Assembly (NCBI GenBank): GCA_017461765.1
Contig: JAFTXO010000019.1
Span: 6,050 to 70,049, forward strand
DNA: 64,000 bases
Source: Clostridia bacterium
Lineage (GTDB): Bacteria > Bacillota > Clostridia > Oscillospirales > CAG-272
Direction: 5' to 3'
This document shows positions 37,753-48,442 of the stretch, in pieces (the stretch's first letter is position 1; each line of letters begins with the position of its first letter). Position numbers and translations under genes: made by a program. The notes beneath the pieces were generated by a model. That model searched no databases, was not told the DNA's origin, and saw only the letters and a program-made list of their open reading frames with translations.

Positions 37753-38608
37753 TTTTCGACCTCCTTACATAATCGCATATAGCCGAAAATGCGCCGTCTA
37801 CGGTATATATATTTCTTGAAATCTTTACGCCCTTCAAGCGTAGTGCGGATATGATGTTTGATATTTCGGGAACATCAAGACCTGCCGATTTAAGTATCTC
37901 TGTCTGTGCAAAGACCTCAGAGCAACTACCCTCCATCGCAAGCTTGCCGTGTGACATAACCGCCAAGCGGTCACAGTACATAGCCATATCCTCCATACTG
38001 TGGCTGACTATTATGACGGTAGTTCCGCTTTGCTTGCGGTATTCGCAAATTCCGCCGAGTATCTCGCGTCTGCCGCGCGGATCAAGTCCTGCCGCAGGCT
38101 CGTCAAGAACAAGTATCTTCGGTCTCATCGCCATAACTCCGGCAAGAGCGACACGTCTTTTTTGTCCGCCCGAAAGATCGAACGGGGATTTTTGCAAGGT
38201 TTGCGCATCTATACCGCAAAATCTCGCACTTTCCTCGATCCTGTGGTTGATTTCATCATTTGAAAGACCCATATTTTTAGGGCCGTATGCAATATCCTCA
38301 CCAACGGTATCGGCAAAAAGCTGATACTCGGGGTACTGCATAACCATACCGACCTTGTATCTTATTTTCGATATTTCCTTTGGCTTGTTCCAAATATTTT
38401 CGCCGTCTACGATTACCTCTCCGCTATCGGGCTTCATAAGACCGTTAAGCATTTGAATAAGAGTCGATTTACCCGACCCTGTGTGTCCTATTATGCCCGT
38501 TATGCAGTTTTCCTCAATGCGCAGATCTATATTTTCGAGCGCATTTATCTGATACGGAGTTTTCTTTCCGTAAACATAGCACACATTTTTAAGTTCAATT
38601 ATCGACAT
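37745..38608 (-). CDS. ecfA2: ECF transporter ATPase
   Basis: Walker A GHTGSGKST, signature LSGGQKRR, Walker B LVLDEP. Confidence 0.9.
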   Translation of the reverse strand: MSIIELKNVCYVYGKKTPYQINALENIDLRIEENCITGIIGHTGSGKSTLIQMLNGLMKPDSGEVIVDGENIWNKPKEISKIRYKVGMVMQYPEYQLFADTVGEDIAYGPKNMGLSNDEINHRIEESARFCGIDAQTLQKSPFDLSGGQKRRVALAGVMAMRPKILVLDEPAAGLDPRGRREILGGICEYRKQSGTTVIIVSHSMEDMAMYCDRLAVMSHGKLAMEGSCSEVFAQTEILKSAGLDVPEISNIISALRLKGVKISRNIYTVDGAFSAICDYVRRSKNG

Positions 38609-38610
38609 TT

Positions 38611-39480
38611 CTACTCCAAATCGATCAAATTATCTTTTATAAGCTGCGCGCAAGTGTCAAAATCGCACACTTGGAGCGGTATTTTTGTTCCAAGCTCCTC
38701 ATTCAGCCTGTATATAAGCTCAGTTCCCTGAGGCACTTCAAGACCTGCCTGCCAAAGCTTTTCCACCTCTGTGAACACATCGTTCGGCGCGCCCTGCAAA
38801 TATATCTCACCGTTTTTCATAACGAAGACCTTATCTGCCTCTGCCGCCTCATTCATATAATGTGTTATAAGGATTATTGTTATTTTTTCTTCTTTATTAA
38901 GACGCTTTATAGTCTTCATAACTTCCTTGCGTCCTATCGGATCGAGCATCGCCGTTGATTCATCAAAAATTATACACTTGGGCTTCATGGCGATAACTCC
39001 CGCTATTGCTACCCTTTGCTTTTGTCCGCCCGAGAGCTTGTGCGGAGCGTGGCGCGCGTAATCGGTCATTCCGACGATCTTGAGCGCTTCATCGACTCTG
39101 CGTCTTATCTCCTTTGGCTCTACGCCGAGATTTTCAGGTCCGAAAGCCACATCCTCCTCAACTACCGTTGCAACGATCTGGTTATCGGGATTTTGGAACA
39201 CCATTCCTATCTTTTTTCTTATCTCAAAAACGTCATTATCGGTAATGCCCTCTGCGGTAATCTCTTTTCCGTCAATATAGATCTTTCCCGAACCGGGAGT
39301 GAGGATCATATTCATGAGCTTTGCACTCGTACTCTTGCCGCTTCCGTTATGACCGAGTATTGCAACGAACTCGCCTTCCTCTATATCCAAGGAAATATTA
39401 TTTACGGCAAAAAGATTTTTTTCTTGCTCATCTCCGGGATAAGAAAATGATACGTTTTCAAATTTTATAAGTGCGCTCAT
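38611..39480 (-). CDS. ecfA1: ECF transporter ATPase
   Basis: Walker [10 protein letters not shown], signature LSGGQKQR, Walker B IIFDES. Confidence 0.9.
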   Translation of the reverse strand: MSALIKFENVSFSYPGDEQEKNLFAVNNISLDIEEGEFVAILGHNGSGKSTSAKLMNMILTPGSGKIYIDGKEITAEGITDNDVFEIRKKIGMVFQNPDNQIVATVVEEDVAFGPENLGVEPKEIRRRVDEALKIVGMTDYARHAPHKLSGGQKQRVAIAGVIAMKPKCIIFDESTAMLDPIGRKEVMKTIKRLNKEEKITIILITHYMNEAAEADKVFVMKNGEIYLQGAPNDVFTEVEKLWQAGLEVPQGTELIYRLNEELGTKIPLQVCDFDTCAQLIKDNLIDLE

Positions 39481-40358
39481 TTATTCTTTCCTTTCACCCA
39501 TCTTGCGCTCGCTCCGCAAGGAAGATAGCTTCCCGTTTCAGTAACGGGCAACGCAAGCTCGGACGTACTTGATACTCCGCCGTGCTTTTTCACGATCTCA
39601 ACATCTAAAACATACCCCATAGTAAGAGGGCTGAGACCTGTCGTGTACGAATTTATAAGCATAAAGAGCGGATCATCGGAGAGTACCCTTTCGCACAGTG
39701 AAACGAAGTCGCAAACTGCGTCCTCAAGCTTCCACACCTCGCCGTTTGGTCCTCTTCCGTAAGAGGGTGGGTCCATTATTATTCCGTCATATTTATTTCC
39801 GCGGCGTATTTCTCTCTCGACGAATTTACGGCAATCGTCAACTATATATCTTACGGGTGCATCGGCAAGTCCGCTGAGCGCAAGATTTTCCTTAGCGCAA
39901 GCGACCATTCCCTTTGATGCGTCAACGTGTACAACGCTTGCTCCTGCTTTTGCTGCAGCAGCAGTTGCACCGCCCGTATATGCAAAAAGATTGAGAACCT
40001 TTGTTTCCTTGCCTTCCTTTTTGCGTTCCTTTATAAGCTCGGAGAACCAATCCCAGTTAGCCGCCTGCTCGGGAAACAATCCTGTATGCTTAAAGCCCAT
40101 AGGCTTAAGAGCGAAGGTGAGATCCTTATAATTTATCGTCCATTTTTCAGGAACATCGTTCTTTATCCATTTGCCTCCGCCTGAGCTTGAGCGGCGATAT
40201 ATTCCGTCAGCCCTGCTCCAAAGCTTATGCGTGCGCTTTCCCTTCCATATTACCTGCGGATCGGGACGGATAAGAATATATTTCCCCCAGCGCTCGAGTC
40301 TTTCTCCGTCAGAGGTATCAAGAAGCTCGTAATCCTTCCAATTATCTGCTATATACAT
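39477..40358 (-). CDS. class I SAM-dependent (RlmI/YccW-like) RNA methyltransferase
   Basis: Motifs [15 protein letters not shown] and [11 protein letters not shown]. Start moved to ATG at 40358 (MYIADNW); the track start at 40469 would overlap ruvC by about 100 nt. Confidence 0.75.
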   Translation of the reverse strand: MYIADNWKDYELLDTSDGERLERWGKYILIRPDPQVIWKGKRTHKLWSRADGIYRRSSSGGGKWIKNDVPEKWTINYKDLTFALKPMGFKHTGLFPEQAANWDWFSELIKERKKEGKETKVLNLFAYTGGATAAAAKAGASVVHVDASKGMVACAKENLALSGLADAPVRYIVDDCRKFVEREIRRGNKYDGIIMDPPSYGRGPNGEVWKLEDAVCDFVSLCERVLSDDPLFMLINSYTTGLSPLTMGYVLDVEIVKKHGGVSSTSELALPVTETGSYLPCGASARWVKGKNK

Positions 40359-40365
40359 AAGTTCC

Positions 40366-40863
40366 TCACATTCTATAATATTTTCCGAGCGCGCTCGCTC
40401 CTGCGTGTGCGTGGCATATTGCCAATGCCAAGGCATCGGCGGTATCATCGGGTTTTGGCGGCTTTGCAAGCTTCAAAATAGAAGTTACCATAGCTATGAC
40501 CTGTTTTTTCTCTGCTCTGCCGTAGCCGACAACAGCCTGCTTTACCTGAAGCGGTGTATATTCGTAAATCGGTATTTTTTTCTTATGAGCCGATAAAAGT
40601 ATACAGCCTCTTGCCTCAGCAACGCTTATTCCTGTTTTTTGGTTAGTATTCCAAAAAAGCTCCTCTATTGACATAATATCGGGCTTATATTTATCAAGCA
40701 AGATGTTCATGGAGTCAAATATCTGGGTTATTCTTTCTTCGATAGGCAATCCCGCCTCAGTCCTTATTGAGCCATATCCGAGAACGTGAAAGTTTCCTTT
40801 TACATATTCAACAGCGCCCCAGCCGACTATCGCAACGCCCGGATCTATGCCTAAAACGACCAT
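40366..40863 (-). CDS. ruvC: crossover junction endodeoxyribonuclease
   Basis: MVVLGIDPG start, EELFW and DAADALA-type (DTADALALA) catalytic motifs. Start moved to ATG at 40863. Confidence 0.9.
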   Translation of the reverse strand: MVVLGIDPGVAIVGWGAVEYVKGNFHVLGYGSIRTEAGLPIEERITQIFDSMNILLDKYKPDIMSIEELFWNTNQKTGISVAEARGCILLSAHKKKIPIYEYTPLQVKQAVVGYGRAEKKQVIAMVTSILKLAKPPKPDDTADALALAICHAHAGASALGKYYRM

Positions 40864-40969
40864 ATTTTTCTCCTCTTGCTTTTTTGATATTTTTTCACGC
40901 ATTATATTGTATCACAAAACTCCCCGTATGTCAAATAATTTAATATAAAAATATAAAATAATAATATTA

Positions 40970-40998
40970 TTGATTTTTGCGGGAATATATGCTAAAAT
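40970..40998 (+). promoter_or_regulatory. sigma-A promoter of DUF951-yfhO-ruvAB unit
   Basis: TTGATT, 17 bp spacer, TAAAAT. Confidence 0.55.
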
Positions 40999-41036
40999 AA
41001 TTATGTATGATCTAAATTTGCTTTTCGGAGGTTGTT

Positions 41037-41234
41037 ATGGCTGCAATTCCTGTTATCAGCGTCGGAGATATTCTTGAAATGAAAAAGCCTCACCCGTGCG
41101 GTGAAAAGCGCTTCAAGGTACTGAGAATAGGCTCGGATATTAAGCTTTCGTGCGTAGGCTGTGCGCGTACGCTCGTTATTGAAAGAGTAAAAGTAGAAAA
41201 AATGATCAAAAAAATTTTTCCTTGCGAGGCTTAA
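41037..41234 (+). CDS. DUF951 family small protein
   Basis: 65 aa with a KKPHPCG...CVGC pattern. Confidence 0.7.
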   Translation: MAAIPVISVGDILEMKKPHPCGEKRFKVLRIGSDIKLSCVGCARTLVIERVKVEKMIKKIFPCEA

Positions 41235-44147
41235 ATGGATACTAACGAAACAAAAAAGAAATTCAGCTTAGGTAAATTTACATCTTCGTTTTTTAAAAAG
41301 ACCGGAAATAAAATATTAGAGAAAAAGCATCTTTATCCCGCTTTTCTTTTGCCTGTTGTGCTTCTTATAGCGGTTTATGCTTTTATGAGCATTTTTCCGT
41401 TTGGCGATCGCTCGATACTGACGCTTGATATGAATGCTCAGTATATTTATTACTTCGCCGAGCTTCGTGATATACTTCACGGCGAATCATCGCTCATATA
41501 CACCTTTGAGCGCGCTGTCGGCGGAGAATTTTTAGGATTTTTCACATATTACGTGGCTTCGCCGTTTGGTATTATCGTTGCGCTTTTCCCCGAAAATGCA
41601 ATAGTCGGTGCAGTTACAACGATGATGATAATAAAATGCGGCATGAGCGGTCTTACCTTCTTTATTTATCTTGACAAGACAAAGAAAAGAGATCTTCCCG
41701 CTTTTTATATGTTCTCGGTAATGTATGCTCTTTGTGCATATGCTATGACCTATCAGTCGAATACTATGTGGATGGATGCGCTTTTGTGGCTTCCTCTTGT
41801 TTCTCTCGGTATTGAAAAGCTTATTTCAGAGGGCAGATTTAAGCTCTTTATAATAACACTGGCTCTTACGGTATGGAGTAACTATTACATAGGATATATG
41901 GTTTGTATCTATGTTTTCCTTTACTTCTTCTGTTACCTTTTTGCAAACAGATCACGCGATACAAATAAGCTCAATGAAAATCTTCACTATTTAAGAAGCT
42001 TTATAAGAATAGCTATTTGCTCGGTGGTTGCGCTCCTTATGGTCGCTATGATCATATTTACGGCTTATTACTCCCTCTCGTTTGGAAAGAGCAACACCTC
42101 AAATGTGGATTACGCATTTACGTTCCGTTACAATTTCATGGAGCTCTTTGCAAAGATGTTCATAGGCTCTTACGATACGGTGCGTCCTGCGGGTCTTCCG
42201 AATATTTATTGCGGTACGCTTGTACTCGTATTATTGCCGCTCTACTTCCTTTCAAGAAAGATCAGCTTTAGAGAAAAAGCGGTGTATACGGTTTTGGTGC
42301 TTATTTTCGCTTTCAGCATGACAATAAACACTCTTGACCTCGTGTGGCACGGTTTTCAGATGCCTGTATGGCTCAATTACAGATACAGCTTTATGTTCTC
42401 CTTCGTTTTGCTTACTATGGCATACAAGGGATATGAATCGGTTTCCGAGACATCCGGCAGAACGATGTTTTTTACATCTGCGCTTTTGCTTTTCGCTCTG
42501 TTCACGGTTCAGCAGACCGTTTTGCTTGAAACCTACAAGGGCGGAAATTCAAATCCGACGATGCCGATACAGTTGGTTCTTCCCTCGGTAATTTTTATCA
42601 TCGTTTATACGATAATTCTTATATTGAAGCATAAAAATATTTTAAAGCGCGCTCTGCCATGCATCCTTATGGTCATAGTTTGCGGTGAGGCAACATTCGG
42701 TGCTTATCTGTGCTGGAAGGGTGAAACAACTGATGTCGGTTGGGCTAAGCGCAATGCTTACTATGATTATATCGAGCAGTATGACGATACGGTAAATATG
42801 ATCTACGATATGGACGACAGCTTCTTCCGTTTTGAAAAAACAACTATGAGAAAGCCAAACGACAACTTTGCGCTCAACATAAGAGGTATTTCCGATTCGA
42901 CCTCGACGATGAACAAGAAGCTTATGACGTTTATGAAGTATTCGGGCTTCTCCTCAAAATCCCACTGGATAAAATATTATTCCGGAAACGAGGTATCGGA
43001 TTCTCTCTTTGGCGTAAAATATGTTATCACGGATACAAAGCCCGTAAGCTACTCGTACAAGGAGATCGAGGGCGCTGAGGGCAAGACGATCTACCTTAAT
43101 GAAAGTGCTCTTTCCATAGCTTACTGTACAAATAAAAGCTTAAAAAATTTCGATGTTGAGGCTTTGGGCTCGACTCCGTCCTCTTTTGAATTTCTTGAAT
43201 ATCTCGTTGCTTCTATGAGATACGACGGTATTGAGGAGCTTGATGATTTCGATAGCTTGGCGAAGAGTAAAAAATCGCTTTTTGAAAGCTGTTATTACTA
43301 TGTTGACACAACGGAAAACTGTAAGACAAAGCGAGGCAGCGGATCAAGGAAGCCTTACTACATCACAAGAACAGACGATAACGAAAAGGCTTCCGCAACT
43401 TACAGAGTTCAGGCTTATCAGGACGGAAGCGTATATATGTATCTTCCCTCCTCGCAGAACAGCACAAAGATATCTTATACCGTTTATAATTCCGAGAATG
43501 AAAAGATCCTTAGCGGCTCTTACTTTGGAAGCGACGATTACAGAATGCACAATGTCGGAAACTTCAAAAGCGGAGAGATATTTTATGTAAAGCTTGAATT
43601 TGATATGGACGAGCTTCGCATTTATTCTGACTATCCTCTCTTCAATCAGATCAATGAGGAAAATGTTACAGAAGCATTAAATGAGCTTAAGGAAGGCGAG
43701 CTTAAGATAACGGAATATTCCGATACTTATTTTGAAGGAACAATAACCGCTCAGGCAGATGAAATGGTATTTACGACTATCCCGTACGATAAGTATTGGG
43801 AGGTATATGTTGACGGTGAAAGAGTTGACACGTATACTGTCGGAGACACCTTTCTCTCCTTTGATATTACCGAGGGTGAGCATACTGTGGTTATGAAATA
43901 CCGCTCAAAGCCGTTTATTTACGGTATGTGTCTTATGGGCTTGGGTGTTACCCTGCTTATCGTTATGTGTATTTTTGAGAAAAAATACAGGCTTTACAAA
44001 GAAAAGACAGCCATAACTCTTGCCCCGGAAAGGCCTTCTCTTTTCAGTAAGCTGCAAAGCAAGGGAAAGGAGCTTTGGAGCTCTTTCAAGAAACGAATAG
44101 AGAAAAAAGAAAATGATGAAACCGAAAAGGATGAAAATGATCTATGA
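41235..44147 (+). CDS. YfhO family polytopic membrane protein (glycosyltransferase-like)
   Basis: 970 aa. N-terminal half has at least 12 TM helices, followed by a large extracytoplasmic domain and a terminal TM helix. Confidence 0.7.
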   Translation: MDTNETKKKFSLGKFTSSFFKKTGNKILEKKHLYPAFLLPVVLLIAVYAFMSIFPFGDRSILTLDMNAQYIYYFAELRDILHGESSLIYTFERAVGGEFLGFFTYYVASPFGIIVALFPENAIVGAVTTMMIIKCGMSGLTFFIYLDKTKKRDLPAFYMFSVMYALCAYAMTYQSNTMWMDALLWLPLVSLGIEKLISEGRFKLFIITLALTVWSNYYIGYMVCIYVFLYFFCYLFANRSRDTNKLNENLHYLRSFIRIAICSVVALLMVAMIIFTAYYSLSFGKSNTSNVDYAFTFRYNFMELFAKMFIGSYDTVRPAGLPNIYCGTLVLVLLPLYFLSRKISFREKAVYTVLVLIFAFSMTINTLDLVWHGFQMPVWLNYRYSFMFSFVLLTMAYKGYESVSETSGRTMFFTSALLLFALFTVQQTVLLETYKGGNSNPTMPIQLVLPSVIFIIVYTIILILKHKNILKRALPCILMVIVCGEATFGAYLCWKGETTDVGWAKRNAYYDYIEQYDDTVNMIYDMDDSFFRFEKTTMRKPNDNFALNIRGISDSTSTMNKKLMTFMKYSGFSSKSHWIKYYSGNEVSDSLFGVKYVITDTKPVSYSYKEIEGAEGKTIYLNESALSIAYCTNKSLKNFDVEALGSTPSSFEFLEYLVASMRYDGIEELDDFDSLAKSKKSLFESCYYYVDTTENCKTKRGSGSRKPYYITRTDDNEKASATYRVQAYQDGSVYMYLPSSQNSTKISYTVYNSENEKILSGSYFGSDDYRMHNVGNFKSGEIFYVKLEFDMDELRIYSDYPLFNQINEENVTEALNELKEGELKITEYSDTYFEGTITAQADEMVFTTIPYDKYWEVYVDGERVDTYTVGDTFLSFDITEGEHTVVMKYRSKPFIYGMCLMGLGVTLLIVMCIFEKKYRLYKEKTAITLAPERPSLFSKLQSKGKELWSSFKKRIEKKENDETEKDENDL

Positions 44148-44755
44148 TATATCATGTGGACGGTACGCTTGACTATTGTGAAGCAGGTTACTGTGTTATA
44201 GATTGCTGCGGAGTTGGATACCGACTTGCCGTAAGTGATAATACTTATGCCGACGTGTGCGCTCACGTTGGCGAGAGAATGAAGCTGTTTACTTATTTAC
44301 AGGTGCGCGAGGACGGAGTTGAGCTCTTTGGATTTAAGACAAGTGAGGAGCTTGGAGCTTTCAAGCTTCTTATAACCGTTTCGGGTGTCGGCCCTAAGGC
44401 AGCTATGGCTATTTTGTCACTCTTCTCAGCAAGTAAGCTTTATGAGGCTATTTGCGCTGAGGATGTTAAGGCTATCTCTCGCGCCTCGGGAGTTGGTGCA
44501 AAAACTGCGGCAAGAGTTGTTTTGGAGCTTCGTGATAAGGTGGCAAAGCAATATTACGGAGCGTCGGGAGTTGCTCCCGCATCAAGTCCGTCAGCTTCGG
44601 CTTCCAAGGGCGGACGCGGAAATCTTTCCGAAGCGCTTGATGCGCTTGTCGTTCTCGGATATTCACGTTCAGAGGCGCAAAAGGCGCTTACGGGCATCGA
44701 TCCATCGCTTGATGTGGAAAAAATTATCCCGCTTGCGCTTGCAAAGCTTATATAA
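44144..44755 (+). CDS. ruvA: Holliday junction branch migration complex subunit
   Basis: Motifs VSGVGPKAA, SGVGAKTA and LGYS. ATGA overlap with yfhO. Confidence 0.92.
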   Translation: MIYHVDGTLDYCEAGYCVIDCCGVGYRLAVSDNTYADVCAHVGERMKLFTYLQVREDGVELFGFKTSEELGAFKLLITVSGVGPKAAMAILSLFSASKLYEAICAEDVKAISRASGVGAKTAARVVLELRDKVAKQYYGASGVAPASSPSASASKGGRGNLSEALDALVVLGYSRSEAQKALTGIDPSLDVEKIIPLALAKLI

Positions 44756-44767
44756 TGTGAGGTCATC

Positions 44768-45817
44768 ATGATAGAAGAAACAGAATTTGACTTTGAAAAC
44801 AGAATAATGTCAACAGAGGCCTCGAGCGAGGATAACGATACAGAGATAAGCTTGCGTCCGAAATCGTTTGACGATTATATCGGTCAGGAAAAGGTAAAGG
44901 ATCTTTTGAAGGTCTATATAGAAGCGGCAAAGGGGCGCGGTGACTCTCTTGATCACGTTCTTCTCTACGGTCCTCCCGGTCTTGGTAAGACCACTCTTTC
45001 GGGAATTATCGCAACGGAAATGGGCGTTAATTTCAGAGTTACCTCAGGTCCTGCTATTGAAAAGCAAGGAGATCTTGCGGCTATTCTTACAAATCTTGCG
45101 CCCGGTGATGTTCTTTTTATTGACGAGATACACCGTCTTTCACGCTCTATCGAGGAAATACTTTATCCCGCTATGGAGGATTATGTTCTTGATATAATTA
45201 TAGGAAAGGGTCCTGCGGCAAGAAGTATTCGTGTTCCGCTTCCGAAATTTACGCTCGTTGGCGCTACGACACGCGCAGGTCAGCTTACTACTCCTCTGCG
45301 CGACCGCTTCGGAGTTTTGTTAAAGCTTGAGCTTTACACACACGAGGAGCTTGCCACTATCGTTAAAAGAAGTGCAAGCTTACTTGAAGTTGAGATAACG
45401 GACGACGGCGCTTTCGAGATAGCATCAAGATCAAGAGGCACGCCGCGTATAGCAAACAGGCTTTTGAAGCGTGTTCGTGATTATGCTCAGGTAAAGGGTG
45501 ACGGAAAAATTACTCTTGAAATGGCTCAAAAATCGCTTGAAGCGCTTGAGATCGATCATCTCGGTCTTGACAACACCGACAGAAGAATGCTTGAAACTAT
45601 AATCAAGTTTTACGACGGCGGTCCTGTCGGTCTTGAAACGCTTTCTGCCACTATCGGTGAGGAAAGCATAACTATCGAGGACGTTTATGAGCCGTATCTT
45701 ATGCAAATAGGCTTTCTTAGCCGCACTCCGAGAGGAAGATGTGTTACCCGTCTTGCTTACGAGCATTTGGGAATACCCTTCCGCGGTGGAAACGACGCAC
45801 AAATTAAACTATTATAA
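44768..45817 (+). CDS. ruvB: Holliday junction DNA helicase
   Basis: Motifs [17 protein letters not shown] and TTRAG. Confidence 0.95.
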   Translation: MIEETEFDFENRIMSTEASSEDNDTEISLRPKSFDDYIGQEKVKDLLKVYIEAAKGRGDSLDHVLLYGPPGLGKTTLSGIIATEMGVNFRVTSGPAIEKQGDLAAILTNLAPGDVLFIDEIHRLSRSIEEILYPAMEDYVLDIIIGKGPAARSIRVPLPKFTLVGATTRAGQLTTPLRDRFGVLLKLELYTHEELATIVKRSASLLEVEITDDGAFEIASRSRGTPRIANRLLKRVRDYAQVKGDGKITLEMAQKSLEALEIDHLGLDNTDRRMLETIIKFYDGGPVGLETLSATIGEESITIEDVYEPYLMQIGFLSRTPRGRCVTRLAYEHLGIPFRGGNDAQIKLL

Positions 45818-45830
45818 AATAAAAAGCTTA

Positions 45831-45858
45831 GGCTGTTGCTTGCGCAACAGCCCTTTTT
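45831..45858. terminator. bidirectional intrinsic terminator
   Basis: Stem ggctgttgc/gcaacagcc with flanking A and T runs, between convergent ruvB and the GerA-family gene. Confidence 0.8.
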
Positions 45859-47269
45859 AAGGCTTTTTTCTTCTGAAAACAAGACGAGATAATGCTTTTG
45901 CATTGAAGGGAATCAGCGGATACAGGTACGAGCGTTTTCCGTTTACCGTTTCATTCGTAACTATCAAAAATACTGCCAAAGCTGCTCCAACCAAAAGTCC
46001 CCACGCGTTTATAAGCGCTATCAAGATCAGCGTTATTATTCTTATGAATTTAAGAGCATATCCAAGCTCGTAATTCGACTGCGTGAAGCTTGCTATCGAA
46101 ACTATCGCCATATAGAATATAACATCTGCGCTAAGCCATCCTACCTGTACCGCAAAATCTCCAAGCAGAAGTCCTCCTATGACTCCAAACGAGTTTGACA
46201 TAACGCTCGGAGTATTCAGCGAAGCCAGCTTAAGACCGTCTATAACAAGCTCGACGACTATAAGCTGTACTAATATTGGGACGTTTCCGTATTCCTGTGG
46301 TATTACGAAAGCGAGCCATTCGGGGACTATATTCGGATTGCTGACAAGAAAATACCATATCGGTGTCAAAATCGTAGCGCTCCAAAATACAAGCTGACGA
46401 ACCAACCTCAGATACGAGCCTGTTATCGGCGGGAAATAGTAATCATCGGTATCCTGCAAAAAATCGAAGATCGAGGTAGGCAAAATCAACGCTTCGGGTG
46501 AGTTATCACATATTATAATGACACTCCCCTCAAGTATCGAGGCGCAGGCGGCATCGGGTCTTTCGGTGCATCTGACCTTTGGAAACGGGTTATACCATTT
46601 TCTTTTTATAAGACATTCGATAAGGCTTTGATGACCCATTACCAAGGAATCAGTCTTTATTGCATTTATCTTCTCCGTTATATTTTTAACATAATCGGGG
46701 TCTGCCTTATCCTTGATATAGACGATGGATATATCGGTTTTTGATCTTTCGCCTACGCTTGCATATTTGACAACGAGATTTGTATCTCGTATCCTTCGGC
46801 GGATCATTGCCGTATTAAAGATAAGGGTCTCCACGAATCCGTCACGAGAGCCGCGCATTACCTTATCGTTTTCGGGCTCTGCTGTCACTCTTGCGGGATA
46901 AGAGCGATTATCTACAATTATTGCTCCGTTGCCAAGTCCCTCTGCCAAGATCGCGCTACAGCCCGAGAGAACCATTTTTATAAGGAAATCAAGATCATGT
47001 GTTGCTTCTGCCTCAACACCCGGTACATTTTCGACAACAAACCGCTCGGACGCCATTTCGCTATCGTCTCCGAAGTCCTTTACCGACATAAGATGTATTA
47101 TAAGCTTTTGCATAAGGGATGCTGTTACAAAGCCGTCCACATAATACATAATGACCTTGCGGGAATTTATCTCCATTTCCTTTTTTATTATATCAAAATT
47201 TTCCTCTACGTTGAGCAGAGTATCGATCTTTTGAATATTTTCAAGAAAATCGAAGGACATTTTTTGCAT
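45857..47269 (-). CDS. spore germination protein, GerA/SpoVAF family A-subunit (orphan)
   Basis: About 470 aa. N-terminal soluble domain plus a C-terminal block of about 5 TM helices typical of GerA-family A subunits. ATG at 47269 behind GGAGG. Confidence 0.7.
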   Translation of the reverse strand: MQKMSFDFLENIQKIDTLLNVEENFDIIKKEMEINSRKVIMYYVDGFVTASLMQKLIIHLMSVKDFGDDSEMASERFVVENVPGVEAEATHDLDFLIKMVLSGCSAILAEGLGNGAIIVDNRSYPARVTAEPENDKVMRGSRDGFVETLIFNTAMIRRRIRDTNLVVKYASVGERSKTDISIVYIKDKADPDYVKNITEKINAIKTDSLVMGHQSLIECLIKRKWYNPFPKVRCTERPDAACASILEGSVIIICDNSPEALILPTSIFDFLQDTDDYYFPPITGSYLRLVRQLVFWSATILTPIWYFLVSNPNIVPEWLAFVIPQEYGNVPILVQLIVVELVIDGLKLASLNTPSVMSNSFGVIGGLLLGDFAVQVGWLSADVIFYMAIVSIASFTQSNYELGYALKFIRIITLILIALINAWGLLVGAALAVFLIVTNETVNGKRSYLYPLIPFNAKALSRLVFRRKKP

Positions 47270-47275
47270 AAAAAA

Positions 47276-47310
47276 CCTCCGCAATACTTTTTAAATAAGT
47301 ATTTGCGGAG
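47276..47310 (-). terminator. terminator-like hairpin whose 3' arm contains the RBS of the GerA-family gene
   Basis: Minus strand reads CTCCGCAAATACTT-loop-AAGTATTGCGGAG, then TTTTTT, then ATG. Confidence 0.5.
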
Positions 47311-47320
47311 ATTTCGTTTT

Positions 47321-48442
47321 TTAACCGTTATTTTTGAAAAATTGATAAAAATAGCAGGGGATCATTCCGTTATAAAGCTTTCTTATCTTATCTGCTTTTC
47401 TACCGTAAAGACGTGAAAATTCCTCGTGACTCGTTATAATATAGATCTGCCATTTATCAAGAGTTTTAAAATGCTCGCCCATTTTACGGTATAAGGCTTC
47501 TGTTTCCTTTATTGTAAGAAGTCTTTCTCCGTAAGGTGGATTGCAAACGATCGTGCCGCGTCTGCCCTCGGTTTTTATTTTGAGCGCGTCCTGCTCGAAT
47601 ATCTTCATATTTTGATACACCCCTGCGTGTTTTGCACATTCGGTGGCTAATTTCACAGCCTGAGGATTTATATCCGAAGCATACGCTTCAAAGGCTGAGG
47701 CGGTTATTATCTTGGAGCGTGCCTCTTCTCTTTCCATTTTCCATTTAGCCGAGGATATTTGCGGAAATGACTGAGAAATAAACGCTCTTTCAAGACCCGG
47801 AGCTTTATTTATCATCATCATTGCAGCTTCTATTGCTATCGTGCCGGAGCCGCAAAGCGGATCCCAGAAAAGCACGTCCTCTCTCGGTCTTGACAGCTTT
47901 GCAAGCGCACAGGCGAGTGTTTCTCTTATCGGTGCTTCCGCGGTTTTCGGTCGGTAGCCTCTTTTATGAAGCGGCACGCCTGAGGTATCGATCATAAGTG
48001 TTACTCTGTTTTTAAATAGGAAAAAGTCGATCTGATACTTTACTCCCTCCTCCTTGAACCACGTTACGCCATATTTTTTGGAAAGGCGCGATACTACTGC
48101 TTTTTTGATTATCTTTTGGCAGTCAGGAACTGAAAACAGCGCGCTTTTTATCGAGTGTCCTCTTACGGGAAACTCATCATTTACGCCTATCCAATCCTCC
48201 CAGCAAAGAGCTTTAGTGCCCTCAAAGAGATCATCAAAGGTGAGCGCTTCAAATTCGCCTACCTTTATATAAACTCTTTCAGCAAAACGAAGATTGATAT
48301 TCAATTTACACATAGCGTCAGTATCCGCTATAAAGCTTATTCTGCCGTCCATTGTTTCGGTTCTTTTATAGCCAAGAGCATCGATTTCTGCTCCAAGCAA
48401 GCTTTCAAGTCCGAAAAGGCAGGTTGCCACATATTCCATCAT
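47321..48442 (-). CDS. THUMP-domain class I SAM-dependent RNA methyltransferase (YpsC/RlmL-like)
   Basis: N-terminal THUMP-like region, DPLCGSGT and NPPYGER motifs. Confidence 0.8.
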   Translation of the reverse strand: MMEYVATCLFGLESLLGAEIDALGYKRTETMDGRISFIADTDAMCKLNINLRFAERVYIKVGEFEALTFDDLFEGTKALCWEDWIGVNDEFPVRGHSIKSALFSVPDCQKIIKKAVVSRLSKKYGVTWFKEEGVKYQIDFFLFKNRVTLMIDTSGVPLHKRGYRPKTAEAPIRETLACALAKLSRPREDVLFWDPLCGSGTIAIEAAMMMINKAPGLERAFISQSFPQISSAKWKMEREEARSKIITASAFEAYASDINPQAVKLATECAKHAGVYQNMKIFEQDALKIKTEGRRGTIVCNPPYGERLLTIKETEALYRKMGEHFKTLDKWQIYIITSHEEFSRLYGRKADKIRKLYNGMIPCYFYQFFKNNG

